DNA of 64,000 nucleotides from contig OZ024740.1 in NCBI GenBank assembly GCA_964016885.1, positions 194,618,001 to 194,682,000 on the forward strand, read 5' to 3'. The stretch is from Eledone cirrhosa (Eukaryota). Below the pieces are notes generated by a model. The model was given only the letters and a program-made list of their open reading frames with translations. It ran no database searches and had not been told where the DNA came from. Position numbers and translations under genes: made by a program. Each line of letters begins with the position of its first letter. Positions within the stretch are counted from its first letter, which is position 1. Below, one piece after another: positions 13,731-27,353 of the stretch.

Positions 13731-14449
13731 GCCTGCCCGCCTAGCCGGAGGGATGGCGTCATCGTATGGCTAAAACAGCACGTGCTGTTACCAGCGTCAC
13801 CGAATGGCGCCCGACAGACTGGTCGGTCAAAGTGATCAAGGGGATAATATATATCTACTAGACAATTCTGTTGATTGGTTAATTATGTGTCTTTCTTTAA
13901 TAACATCTAGTTGAGAGCTTCATTCTGAATGTTAGCGGAAATTATAATATTTCCTTTGTTTAACACTTCCAATCTACCCGCCAAAACCGAGGGTTGCTTC
14001 CCTTGTTGGAAATAACACGTGATAAATAAATGTGCGTTCAGCTCGCTCATAGCGGCAGCATTTAAAATCCACCTCGCTTTTGGAAAGAACGGAACTCCTG
14101 TTGATGAAATGAATTCTCTGTTCGTCATGGAATACCACGAGCGTGCCTGTTACGTAAGTCGGATATTTGATTTCGGATTTCACAGAAACACTTTGAACGT
14201 TTACCGTTTAATTTGTCCAGGTGTATCTTGTTTAACCTGTTAGTTTTTTCGTTGCTCTGGTATTGTGTGTTAGGTTTTGCCTACCACAATGTTCAATTTG
14301 TCAAGCTATTTAAACGTATGTTGTTACTCTCAGGACCTACCCTTATCGAGTGCTTTGCTAACTCATTCATATTGTAGGTTGACTTTGCTTGCCCACAGCC
14401 AAAGCTTCGATTTTACTAAGCCCCCATATGTAATATATTTATATATATT

Positions 14450-14824
14450 ACAGATGGTGGATGGGTGCTGCACGAGAGTGCTGAGGATGGCTCTGAACAT
14501 TGGTCGGTGTACACTGGGGATGAAAAACTCAGAGCTGTGTGGGAGCATCCCGGAGGTCAGCTCGGGAGTGACACAGGGGGGACTGGGGTTGGCTGGACAT
14601 GCTCGCCGACGTCCAGAGTTGACATTGCACTCAGTGCTCCTTTGGGAGCCCCTACATGGACACACTAGAAGAGGAAGACCAAGGTTAACGTATGTTGATG
14701 CCCTAAGGACAGACACTGGTCTGTTGGAGACGCAGGACATGGTAGCGATAATGAGGGACAGAGACCGCTAGAGAGAACTCGTCCATGGATCTCGGGAACT
14801 TTACCCGCCTTAGATAGATAGATA
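14450..14824 (+). mobile_element. RTE-clade LINE 3' end with (TAGA)n tail
   Basis: DGCCTRVLRMALN...LAGHARRRPEL...LLWEPLHG..RRGRPRLTYVDAL..DTGL...MRDRDR. Nearly identical to 55062-55466. Confidence 0.85.
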
Positions 14825-15083
14825 AATATATATATATACATATATATAATATATATATGTACAGAAATAATTTATATAGAGATAGATAGATATAAATATA
14901 ATATATATATATTGTATATACATATCATAATATGTATATATATAATAGTATATATATATATTCTTAACAACTACTGAATGCGATTTAACGCAAAGTAATC
15001 TGCCATCAACTTATGTAAGATTTCTTTGCTTCTTAGATGTCATAATTAGTTATCCCACTTGCAGCTATTAAGTTAGACATCTA

Positions 15084-15152
<69 letters not shown>

Positions 15153-15549
15153 CCTCTCTCTCTCTCTCTATCACACACACACACACACACATACACACAC
15201 ATATACCAATTTCCTAATGGAATAGAAAACTGTGGAAAATCCACTTTTTTAATCTTCTTAAATACTTGGTTGTCTTTTTGTTATCTGATATTGGTTTCTT
15301 TAAATGTTTTTTTTAATTTATTCTTTTTTGCTTGGCTTTGGCTTTATTATTATTTTTTTATTTTATTTTATTTTCGTACCATCGTGACCAATGGTAAGAT
15401 CTTCTATCTACTAGTAATAACAGAACTGATCATCATCATCATCAACATTACCACCAAATTAATCATCGTTGTCGTTGTTATCCTCCTCATCATTGTCATC
15501 ACTATCCATTGCATCGTCACCACTACCACCCTATCATAATCATCATCAT

Positions 15550-15574
15550 AAGTAGTAGTAGTACTAGTAGTAGT

Positions 15575-15628
<54 letters not shown>

Positions 15629-15706
15629 TATAGTAGTAGCAGCAGTAGTAGTAGTAGTAGTTATAGTAGTAGCAGCATCAGTAGTAGTAGTAGTAGTTAT
15701 AGTAGT

Positions 15707-15758
<52 letters not shown>

Positions 15759-15880
15759 ACAGCAGCAGCAGTAGTAGTAGTAGTTATAGTAGTAGCAGCA
15801 TCAGTAGTAGTAGTAGTAGTAGTTATAGTAGTAGCAGCATCAGTAGTAGTAGTAGTAGTAGTAGTAGTAGTTATAGTAGT

Positions 15881-15912
<32 letters not shown>

Positions 15913-16048
15913 TAGTAGTAGTAGCAGCAGCAGCAGTAGTAGTAGTAGTAGTAGCAGTAGTAGTAGTAGTAGTAGTTGTAGCAGCAGTAGTAGTAGTAGT
16001 AGTTATAGTAGTAGCAGCATCAGTAGTAGTAGTAGTAGTAGTAGTAGT

Positions 16049-16079
<31 letters not shown>

Positions 16080-16100
16080 ACAGCAGCAGCAGAAGCAGGA
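15550..16100. repeat. Compound (AGT)n/(AGC)n microsatellite
   Basis: Direct reading. Explains the poly-Ser ORF. Confidence 0.95.
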
Positions 16101-17051
16101 TCATCACCATCATTATCACATCCATTATCATCACTTCAATCATCATCACCACCACTGGCATCATCATCATCAACATCTTCGTCGTTGTCGTTGTTATCGT
16201 CACGATCAAGTCGAGCTACAACATAAAAGCACTTTGTTGGCTCTCTAGTGTTATTGGATATTAATCAGTGGTGACCAATTATTAATTATTAATAAGTGGA
16301 GTCATCAGAGAAACGAGTCGAATGATACGAAGTATTTGTTCCTACTTTCTGCACTCTGAGTTTTAATACCGACGAGGCCAACTTTGCCTTTCATCCTTTC
16401 AGGGCCCATAGATGTAATATCAATCAATAACATTGGTCAGGTGGAATTGCTAGAATAGTCATGAGCAAATTGCCATCCTTCTGCCTTTCTGAATGGCAAG
16501 CCTAATTTCAAAAATTACTTTGAATCTTTTAGTAGTGCGACCGTCCTTATCATATGAACCACATCCTATGCGACACCCTGCTCAAAAAAGGTTGTCCATG
16601 CCTGTGCTAGAGCATTAGACGAGATTAATTCTGGTATCTACTACAGCTCTGAATTCAAAACGCACTGCCTATCCCCGGCCTCCTCAAGTAACGAAATGCA
16701 GCCTTCAGGATCCGGATAGCCTGATAAACATCTTATGTCAGACGAAACGACATATCGATTGCAGCAATATCTCTGATGTATGAATATGGTGCGTGGATCC
16801 TGCACAGGTTTTGGGATAATCGTTAGGACAGAAATATTTCACTGGTAGTAGTAACAGTGGGATATTTTTTCAGGTATAATTTCAGCAGATATTACACAAG
16901 CATATACAGATCTAACCTCGGTGGGATGTGAATTCAGGGGTTCATTTTGCTTTCCACCGTTACGGGTTTAATAAAATATAGTAACAGTAATGCAACGGAG
17001 TCGATTTATTCGACTTTTACCTTGCCTTCAAATTGCTGCCCATGTATCAAA

Positions 17052-17270
17052 TGTAGTGGCAGTATCGGTAGAGAGTCGCACACCATGCTTTGCAGCATAG
17101 AGTTATGGTCCTTTACGGTCTGAGTTCAAATCCCGCCGAGATTAACTTTGCCTTTCATCCTTACGGGGCTCGATAAAATAAAGTACCAGTCATGCACTGG
17201 TGTCGATTTCATCGACTTTCCCCCTCAAAAAAAAATTGCTGGCCTTGTGCCTATATAAGAAACCATTATT
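17052..17270 (+). mobile_element. tRNA-derived SINE (Meta/MESC-like)
   Basis: A-box-like TGGCAGTATCGG, B-box GAGTTCAAATCC, core AACTTTGCCTTTCATCCTTACGGGG.TCGATAAAATAAAGTACCAG, tail GGCCTTGTGCCTA..TAGAAA. Further decayed copies near 16300, 16880, 29845, 33890(-), 44700 and 48050. Confidence 0.75.
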
Positions 17271-17479
17271 ATTGTCGTTGATGATGTTGTTGTTATTTGT
17301 TAATTTCTACTGTATTACCGAGTGTACCTCCGTGCTCCTAAAGTGTTTGCAGCATGTGTGTTCTTACTTTTGCTGAGATCAGGGAGTGTAGATAATTCCT
17401 TATAGTGTACTGCAGTCATGTTATGTTATAGTGTTTAGCTTTTGTTTCGTCTCATTGTATAGTTCTATTGTATATGGTA

Positions 17480-18200
17480 TATATAATGTGAGTTGTATTA
17501 TTGTTCTGTTTCATATAGTGTATATAATGGGATATGTATTATTGTATAGTTCTGTTGGATATAATCTATGATGTATATAATGTGAGTTATGTTATAGTTC
17601 TGTTGTATATGGTGTATATAATGTGGGTTGTGTTATTGTTCTGTTGTATATGGTGTATATAATGTGGGTTGTGTTATTGTTCTGTTGTATATGGTGTATA
17701 TAATGTGGGTTGTGTTATTGTTCTGTTGTATATGGTGTATATAATGTGGGTTGTGTTATTGTTCTGTTGTATATGGTGTATATAATGTGGGTTGTGTTAT
17801 TGTTCTGTTGTATATGGTGTATATAATGTGGGTTGTGTTATTGTTCTGTTGTATATGATGTATATAATGTGGGTTGTGTTATTGTTCTGTTGTATATGGT
17901 GTATATAATGTGGGTTGTGTTATTGTTCTGTTGTATATGGTGTATATAATGTGGGCTGTGTTATTGTTCTGTTGTATATGGTGTATATAATGTGGGTTGT
18001 GTTATTGTATAGTTCTGTTGTATATGGTGTATATAATGTGAGTTCTGTTATTCTATAGTTCTGTTGAATATGGTGTATATAATGTGAGTTGTGTTATAGT
18101 TGTGTTGTATATGGTGTATATAATGTGGGTTGTGTTATTGTTTAGTTCTGTTTTATATGGTGTATATAATGAGAGTTTTATTATGTATAGTTCTGTTGTA
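17480..18200. repeat. 41-bp minisatellite array
   Basis: Unit GTTCTGTTGTATATGGTGTATATAATGTGGGTTGTGTTATT, near-perfect in 17600-18000 and decaying at both edges. Confidence 0.95.
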
Positions 18201-18279
18201 TATAATGTATATAATGTACATATAATGTACATATAATGTATATAATATTTTATTGAATATTGATATACGCAGATTCATG

Positions 18280-18535
18280 TAAATTACATCTGAGATGACG
18301 TTGACACTTAACCCGTTGTTACTGTTGTGGCACAATTTTATACTCAGTAGTGACGTAATGGTTGGCGATATGTGGTCTAGTGAATACGGGAGTCCTCCTA
18401 GTCGCCTCAAGATGATTCTGGGGCTGTATCCTGGAGTAGATTCTACAAGAAGGTTTTTATAACTGGTAGAACAGAGCAGAAAGCGCAAATGCTACATATG
18501 TGGTAGTAAAGTACATTTAAGAGCTTTCAGCCCAG
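18280..18535 (+). pseudogene. Possible retroelement Gag/ORF1 remnant with a CCHC-like zinc knuckle
   Basis: Manual translation at ~18484-18535 reads RKCYICGSKVHLRAFSP (CX2CX4HX4C spacing, last Cys replaced by Ser). No intact ORF. Confidence 0.4.
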
Positions 18536-20688
18536 AAAACAGTAAGTTGTGTGGAGAGGGGTGATGTTCCTAGGAAAGCCAGTCATAGTTTTAGAAACGT
18601 CGGACGAGATTTTCACGTCCTGTGTGCCAACAACTGACTAAGACGTAGAATCGTGGGTGTGATTTTAAAGATATTTTGCCTGTCATGTCTGGCATTGTAA
18701 TTGGCCACGTAATGTCTCATTTATGGACTGCAAATAGTTTATCAGTTGTTATTTTACTTAGCATCGTCGTCATCATTGACTGTTAAATCCCAGGTCAGCA
18801 TTGATCAAGCAGGCAAATGTTCAGAGACATTTTAGGCCATGACTTTCTCGTCATTAGCCTGAGAAGAGAACATGTGCTGAGCCATGTGCAGAGAACACTG
18901 AATCACATTATCCAATATATCCTTTTATAGATGACAATCCTAAGTCTGCCTCAAGCCGGTGCTTATCCGGGACTACATGGCGTGAAGCGACTAAGAGTAC
19001 AAGACACCCGCCCCGCTTCATCCTGAACAATACGCCTGTCAATCACAGGGGTAACCCCCTCCCCCCACCTATTGCTGTTACTTATTTTCATCTAAGTATA
19101 CCGGAGCAATGTAAAATGAAGTGGTTTGCTCAACACACAACCCAATCCAGGAATTGAACCCACGACATTATGATCTGAAGTCCAACATCCTAGATGGTAT
19201 CATGAGCATGATTCGAAGGAAATTTTGCAATCATCTCCAGCATAATAGGCAACCACGTAGAGTCTTATTCATTGGCTCCAAAGAATCAGCAACTCAGTCA
19301 TGTGATGAGGTCAATTCAATCAACTACATCTTTTTCTCCTTTGCAATTTGTGGCATTATGTCAAAGTGAGAAATCAATACTTTTATCAATGTCTTTATAT
19401 ATTACTTTTGTTTTTGTATTTTATACACACACACTACCCTCACCTTTTTCATTGGTACTAATGTAATTTTCACCAACCCACCACCAACACAGATCTTATG
19501 CAATCTTACATGTTTGATTACTTCTAATCTATATATGCATTTCGTCTATTTATATTGCTATTCAACTGATAATTTTTGTATGTTGTTTTCGTTGTTTATT
19601 TTTTATTAATGGTGTTAGTATCGTTTACCTCCTCCCCTATTCAATTATTTCATTTTATTCTAGTTCTTTTTTAGTTCTACTCTTGCTATATCTTTTCGGT
19701 TTGCTTTTTCTTGTTTAATTTTGTGGGTTTCGTTTTCTTCTTAAATGTTCGCTGTAGATTGTATCGTGTGAATTCAACTTAGCAAATGATTGAAATTTTA
19801 ATGCAAAAAAACAAGATATGCAGAAAAAAAAACGCAACGGAAAAAAACCCAAAATATCTTCTGGCAGACTTTATTCATCTCTGGCAGTAACAATGTATGT
19901 AACAGCAACGGAATAGTGGTAGTGTTTGCACTATAGTTCTAATTGTTGTTGTTGTGCTGGTGGTAGTTGTGGTGGTAGTGTTGTTCGAGGTGATGGTGGG
20001 GGTGGGATGGGGGTGATGGCTGTCGTCGTCGCCGTGATAGTCATCGTCATGGGTGTGTGGATGTGGGTGAAGGATGCTGATAGAAGAAACGATTGGGATG
20101 CTGGTGTGGTAGATGTGATGCTGGTATTGAAGGTGAGGGCAAAAGTGCTGTAATGCTGTGGTGCAGTTACTGTTCTTTAGCTCCAAGTTAGCTCTGATTC
20201 AGCTGCCCAAAGGTCAAAAATGTATATTCATTGCTATCCTCTATTTCCTGCAGTAAATAATGGATCTGGTACCCCAGTATCCAATTCACTCGTCCTTCTT
20301 CTAAGGCGGCAGAGCATGGTTTGAGTGAGATTTGACTTCTGTTTCTGTCAAAACGAACGATCACATAGAGGGATTCTCATGAATCTACCCTCAGTAATAC
20401 TGACGGTGATAGTAACGCTAATGTATGAAAGGAGGGTGGGACTGAAGACTATTTCCAAACGATGTGTTATTGCCTGATATATAAGATATCTTGACAAATT
20501 AAATTAGCTACTTTAATTAGTTTATACAGAAATGCTTGTGGTTTATAGTTTCATATATTTTCCTTTTCTCTTTTTGTACTATTTAATTTCCATTTTTCTT
20601 TTTGGTGATTTGGAAGAAATGGTTTGCAAGTGAATATGCATGTATGTGTATATATATATATATAACGAACATAACACAAAAAGGATAT

Positions 20689-20752
<64 letters not shown>

Positions 20753-20826
20753 TTTTTGCGTTATGTTCGTGATGGAGCAATTTGAAAAATATATGAAAAC
20801 ATATGTAAGAAGCACGCCATAGAGGT

Positions 20827-20906
<80 letters not shown>

Positions 20907-20908
20907 CA

Positions 20909-20939
<31 letters not shown>

Positions 20940-21563
20940 ATAAGAAAATAGAAATAAGAAGGAATTGAAAATGAATTACAATTTTGTTTACATTTATTTA
21001 ACTGATCTGTACATTACAAGCTGCCAATACTCATTTAAATTATGTGTACATGTTTCCATTTGCATATATGTATGCATAGGGATTTATTCTCCTCTACTTT
21101 ATTCCCTCTCTCCTTTACTCTCTTTATCTGTATATCTATCTATGTATGTATACATCTCACCAGTTATATCTGTCTCTATCTTTTTCCATTTCTTTTCTCT
21201 TTTTTTCTCTCCTATAAAGGGCAAATGTGTCCGAATCGTCAAATGCTTCCCCTGTAATTTAGCATCAACCTAAAACATTTTTATAGTGTTATTCGTTTGT
21301 TTGAATCTCTCTCTCTCTCTATCTATCTATCAAACTATCTATCTTTCTTTCTTTCTCTCCCTCACCCTCTCTATCTCTCCCTTCCAATATATACATATAT
21401 ATATATAATATCATACATACACAAACACACAAACACCCATATATATCCAAAATTAAGATTAATTGCTTACACACTTTTACAAATTATCCTTGTGATTGTT
21501 TCATATGTTTAATTATATGTCAATCAATTTCTAGTTGATATATATATATATATATATATTTAC

Positions 21564-21645
<82 letters not shown>

Positions 21646-22046
21646 ACATATATAAACATACAGAGATAAGTGTACGCTTATACTTATATATACATGCATA
21701 TACACACATACACACACAAATTCAATGTAAGCGTGTGTGTATATATGTGTGTGTATGTATGCGTGTGTCACGTTAATAGATATGTAAATGAGTATGCAAT
21801 CTTTCAGACTGAATGTCGCCTGTAAAACTACTTTGTCTTTGAGATGTAATTACTTGATGTCTTCCTTTGTAACAAAAGCATTTATTGAAGAGATGATGAT
21901 GCTATGGTGTTGGTGATAGTGATGGTGATGGTTGTGGTGGGGAAGCTGGTGGTTTTAGTTGTAGTGGTGGTTGCAGTGATGCCAAGAAAGAAAATGATAC
22001 TGATCTTGATTATAGAGGGGAGTAATGCGAAATGAGAATGGTGATG

Positions 22047-22077
<31 letters not shown>

Positions 22078-22079
22078 TG

Positions 22080-22129
<50 letters not shown>

Positions 22130-22580
22130 TATTATTACTATTATTATTATTACTATTATTATTATTATTTATTATTGTTATTATTATTATTATTATCATC
22201 ACAATCATGGAATCAACGACAGAGAGAGGCAGAAGTTGACGATGAGTATGATTATGGTAATGGCGATTATGACAACGACGATGGTGTGACTTTAATGATT
22301 AAAAGGCGGCTGCTACTGATGATGATTATTATGATGATAATCATGATGATCATGATAATCATCATCATGAACATGATTGCAATGATAGCAAAGATAGCAA
22401 TGGTTACGACGGCGTCTATGGTGCCACCGACACCATACTACCACAAGTAACATTACTGCTAATTATTAAAATGAAGCTGTTATGGTAAAACATTAAGATA
22501 CAAAGCATTTGTCCCGAAATTATAAATCAAGTTTATTAATTGTTATTTATCACTCATACATAATGTGGTGGGGGGGTATC

Positions 22581-22617
<37 letters not shown>

Positions 22618-22670
22618 GAAAAAGTGAAGACTAACATGGTCAACAGTACAAAAAAAGGGAATTTATTTAC

Positions 22671-22778
22671 AGTCTAACAATTGTTTCTCTGATTGAGTTG
22701 TCTAAAAATTGCTGAACACAAGAAGCAGTGCCACTCAATTTTAAATGCGATGCTCGCTCAATCATGTCATCAGAAACT
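22671..22778 (-). ncRNA. Type I hammerhead ribozyme with long stem II
   Basis: Reverse complement: AGTTT-CTGATGA-CATGATTGAG...CTCAATCAGA-GAAA-CAATTG-TT-AGACT. The unit is bounded by (TA)n. Confidence 0.65.
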
Positions 22779-22788
22779 CATATATATA

Positions 22789-23067
22789 CAATGATATTTA
22801 ATAAATGGAAACTATATTTATAAAACCATATTTATTCTATTTTATATATTTCAAGGATATCAAAACTTTGGTACGCTTTCATCAGATAAAATACAAAGTT
22901 TGTTTTATAAATTTTGACATAACCAAGAAATGATACCTTAACGGATCAAGTTTTTCTTGGATACTATCCAAGAAAAATTTGAACCGCTAAGGTATCTTTT
23001 CAGTGCTCTGAATCAGTTATAAACATTTATATTTGTTGAATTACCAACAAATTGAATATCCCTTTTG

Positions 23068-23070
<3 letters not shown>
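22789..23070. mobile_element. Family B hammerhead element (partial); ribozyme on - strand at ~22833-22893
   Basis: Homologous to 37150-37595 and 52025-52330. Reverse complement: TATTTTAT-CTGATGA-AAGCGTACCA...CCTT-GAAA-TATAT. Confidence 0.75.
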
Positions 23071-23110
<40 letters not shown>

Positions 23111-23151
23111 CTTGGCAAGCTATTTAGAGCACTGGTTTAACCGCTTTACTT

Positions 23152-23188
23152 CCCTCCGAAGAAGAGATATTATCTCGAAAATTAAGGA
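23152..23188 (+). ncRNA. Hammerhead-like motif with variant core CCGAAGA
   Basis: CCT-CCGAAGA-AGAGAT ATT ATCTC-GAAA-ATTA-AGG within a (TA)n-bounded unit. Confidence 0.45.
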
Positions 23189-23387
23189 CATTTAAATAAA
23201 TCTAAGGTAAAAGACTAATTGTCAACAATATCTTTTGCATTTGCATTCGTTATTCTATGTCCATACCTGCATTGTTGTGGCTTTATTATACATATACAAA
23301 CGTTTATATATATATATATAATATATATATCATATATATATGATATATAATATATACTATGTATATATATACATATAATATATATTT

Positions 23388-23419
<32 letters not shown>

Positions 23420-24574
23420 ATATATATCATATATATATTATATATTATATATACTATATATATACATATAATGTATATTTTATATATCTATATCATATAT
23501 ATATTATATATAATATATACTGTATATATATATATATACATATAATGTATATTTTATATATATATATATATCATATATATTATATATAATATATACTATA
23601 TATATATATATACGTGTATGTGTGAAGGAACATGTGCTTATGTATATGTATTATATATATATATTATATATATATATATATGTTTTATTAATTTTTTATC
23701 CATAAGTGGTGCATTAACATCAGCTGGCTCTAATCCAAAAATAAAGCAAAGGACATGTTTAGCTAAACTGGAGAATTATTGGATTTTATTTAATATTTAT
23801 CTGAAGTAAAACTGGGATTTGTATGTGTGTTAGCTGAAGTGGAACAATTTATTTTTGTATTATTTAATTCTAATGTTTCACGTATTGCTTTTCCTCTCTG
23901 ATTTATGGCTTATGCACACCGTCAATACTTTCCTTCAATTTCAATGTTTTACTTTGCTATTAAAATTCGTTGCCAAACTTGCTGAAGCACGACTGTGTAA
24001 TTTCTTACTGTGGCAATTGAAGCAGAACTGTGAAATTGGTCGTTGATGTTCTTGGCTTTGTTCTTAATTTTCATCTTCTTCTTTGTCGTCTTCTTTCTCC
24101 ATCTCGTTTTCCTTCTGTTTCTTCATACTAGCTTCTTGTTCTTTAGCTTCACGTCAAGCCGGATGGAGGAAACCTCTGATTATAGAAATTCTATCCATGA
24201 CTATTCCATATTATTTTATCTTGGACTACATTGACCAATGTGTCTTTCCATTGCATGGTAGCTTAACGTGACCAAGTTGATTTGGTTGATATTTCTCACA
24301 GATGAAATAATCAAACAGAGGGTTTCTCCGTGTCTCATCGGTGTGTTATACCCTCCAGGTAACATTCTATTTATTTACTATTTATTTTTTTGCTGGAAAA
24401 TAATCTCCACATGTAAGACGTAAAAGAAGGAGTTGTCGTGGGTTAACCTCCTCTGTTAGTATTTCTCTTATTTTCCAGCCCACACTTCTATAGAACAGAA
24501 TGAAAAGCAGCTTATAAAATCTATCATTCAGTGAATGTTTTTCATACATACTTACACAGATACTCACACACGCA

Positions 24575-24647
<73 letters not shown>

Positions 24648-24685
24648 CAAGTAAGAATATTTTCGAAACAGCGATTGGGTTTGAA

Positions 24686-25025
24686 ATTATTAGAAATGTA
24701 AGCTATCGCCGTATTTTGACTAAAGAAATTAAAGAAATTATTTAGCCTGATAGTGGGATTAAGAACCCTCGGAGAAATGGAAAAAGATGAGTATTGACGT
24801 ACATGGGAGTCGAACCCATATCTTTGTTATCCGGACCAACACATCACGGGTGATGTGTTGGTGTAAATGGTAGCACAGTGGTCCGGATAACCAAATATGT
24901 GGGTTCGACTCCCATGTACGTCAATACTCATCTTTTTCCATTTCTCCGAGGGTTCTTAACCCCACATCAGGCTAAATAATTTCTTTAATTTCTTTAGTCA
25001 AAATATGGCGATAGCTTACATTTCT

Positions 25026-25031
<6 letters not shown>
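24686..25031. mobile_element. Family E: fold-back palindrome between (TA)n tracts carrying a tRNA-like sequence
   Basis: Arms reverse-complementary about CATCAC-GG-GTGATG (~24849). The left arm has a ~20-bp deletion in the tRNA-like part. Confidence 0.85.
24852..24923 (+). tRNA. tRNA-like cloverleaf (probably non-functional or SINE-type head)
   Basis: 72 nt. Acceptor GATGTGT/GTACGTC, D stem GTGT/GCAC, anticodon stem TGGT/ACCA with loop CCGGATA, T arm GTGGG-TTCGACT-CCCAT, TTTTT 10 nt downstream. C33 and T37 are non-canonical. Confidence 0.6.
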
Positions 25032-25091
<60 letters not shown>

Positions 25092-25779
25092 TAAGAGAGA
25101 GAGCTAGAAACTGATTACTGGTATTGTAATCAACTTCTGTTTGACCAGTTTTATTTCGCAAGGAACTTTTATACCTTTGATTTTATTGGAAAAGGTAAGA
25201 CATTCTTCATATTGTCCATAATTGCTAATTTGAGGTTACAATTTGACGGCTCATTGCATCCTATGAATTGGAATCAAAGGGGCTCATAGGTAAAAGAATT
25301 TTGAGAACCACTGATCCAGACAAATGAAATATCTGATTTCGTCCTTGATATAAATAGAAATTATGATAGAGAAAGTCACTGTTGTGTACGTAATATTTCT
25401 TGCTACTGCTTGTAGATACAGGAAAGAATGTCTAAAATGAAGCTGAGATCAAAGACTTTGTGTAATATTGTTTAATGATAACTGAAGTGGAACATTTGAA
25501 TTTCATGGTGAGGAAACGTGTACATTATTGTCAGATTTGCCTTTGTGAAGTAGTGTAATTTTTTGTCAACCGATACGAACAGTACTAGAGACTCTTGATC
25601 GTCGGCTTCTGACACTGAGAACGGGGGTGGTTTTAATTCCATTTTCATCGGAACTATCCTTAGGCTTGTGATTTCTGTAGCTCTGAATATAGCAGCCAAT
25701 CATCTTAGAGCTTTGAATTATGATGTTCTAGAACCAGCACCTAGCGTTCCTATGGCTGCATCTGTTATTGTTTGTTCTC

Positions 25780-27215
25780 TCTCTATCTATGGATACTGAA
25801 TACATTAGACATGAATAAAGTAAAGCCAACAATAAAATCCTTTATCAAGCATTCTATTAATAAGTGGCAAACAATTTTGCAGATACAATCGAAGAATGGA
25901 ACTATCAACAGGGATATTTCAAGGAAACTCACTATCACCACTGCTTTTCTGCCTAGCACTGATCATCATTACATGAAAGAATAAAGAGAACTGTAGATGC
26001 TACAAGAAGAACATTAACATCTGTATATGGGTGATTTAAAGTTGTATGGTACAGACGAGAGACAAATTGGAATACTGTTACAGTCAGTACACAAAAGAAA
26101 TAGGCGTGAAATTTGGACTACGGAAATACGCCAAGGCAACTCTGAAGAGAGGAAAACAAAGAGAAAAATACTGGTAAAACAATTGAGACAAGACAATTCA
26201 ATGAAACAGAACGGACAAATACTTAGTAATGAAGAAACTAGACTGGGTTGAGCACTCGCAGATGAAAGGATTAAATTACTACTTAAAACAGAACTAAATG
26301 CAAAGGATAAGATAATTGGCATCAATACTCTAGCGATCTCAGTAGTAAGCTTCAGTTTTAATATTGTGAACTAGACACTAAATGAACTAGCAGGAATAGA
26401 CAAAACAAAACAAGAAAACAATGACTGCATTTAGAATACGCCGTCAGAAATGAGGTCTAGAAAGATTATACCTACCGCAAATACTAGAAGAAAGGGGCCT
26501 TATTCAACTAGTAAGCTATTATTAAAAAAACTATTGTAAGACTGTAACAACATCTGATGGAAAACAGGAAAATTAATAGAAATAACCACATATCATGAAA
26601 AAATCAAAACATTGTTCTGTCTTAAAAAAAACCCAAACAATTCAAAACGAAAGTTGGATTGACAGATGAGGATTGGGGAAAATCAAAACAAAGAAACAAC
26701 AGATATTTTGAAAGATATACTATCAAAATTGAAAACAGAACTCCAGAATGTCATGCTAAAACGATGGCAATCACCGATAAAGCTAAATAGAGGAATTAGA
26801 CGAGCAAAAGTGGCCACGCAGTACATCAGAACCTCCCGACAAGAAACTGCAAGAAGTACATAACGAAGCAGAACACAGAAACTGCAGAATATATGGAGGT
26901 GGAGAAGAAACAATTAACCACATTATTTCTGGCTGCCCAGTCTTAACCAAAAAAGGAATATATCCACAGACATGATAGAGTTGAGATTTGCATACACTAG
27001 AAGCTATACCAGCACTAAAAAATAACAACAGAAAAAGGATGATACAGACACTCACAAGAAAAAGTGCCTGAGTTTGACAAAGCAGCCATATTCTGGAATA
27101 TGCCAATACACACAGACAGAGTGATCAAAATCAACCAATTGGGTTTTATAGTCAAAGGCCACAAAGAAAAATATATCTTCTAATTGATGTATCAATTCCC
27201 ACAGATATGATAATA
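25780..27215 (+). mobile_element. Old degenerate R4/Dong-type RLE retrotransposon (RT to RLE)
   Basis: Broken frames give LYMGDLKLY (RT YxDD), ELNAKDKIIGINTLA, RLYLP...GLIQL, TINHIISGCPVL.KKEYIHRHDRV, ILW..PIHTDRVIK and FLIDVSIP. Confidence 0.75.
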
Positions 27216-27353
27216 CTATCATGACTGCATGTTTTCATTTTGAAAATATTACATGTATGCATGTATGCTATATGTATGTATGGTTATATGCCTGTACGTA
27301 TGTATGTATGTATGTATATGTGTGTGTATGTATGTATGGTTGTATGTGTGTAT

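Noticed and set aside
15509-16264. 251-aa poly-Ser ORF
   Set aside because: Translation of an (AGT/AGC)n microsatellite with no non-repetitive coding signal.
17480-18200. CRISPR-like regular repeat
   Set aside because: Units are contiguous with no unique spacers, and the context is eukaryotic.
24852-24923. Functional tRNA-Ser(GGA)
   Set aside because: C33, T37 and a short variable loop are incompatible with a normal tRNA-Ser. Kept only as tRNA-like.
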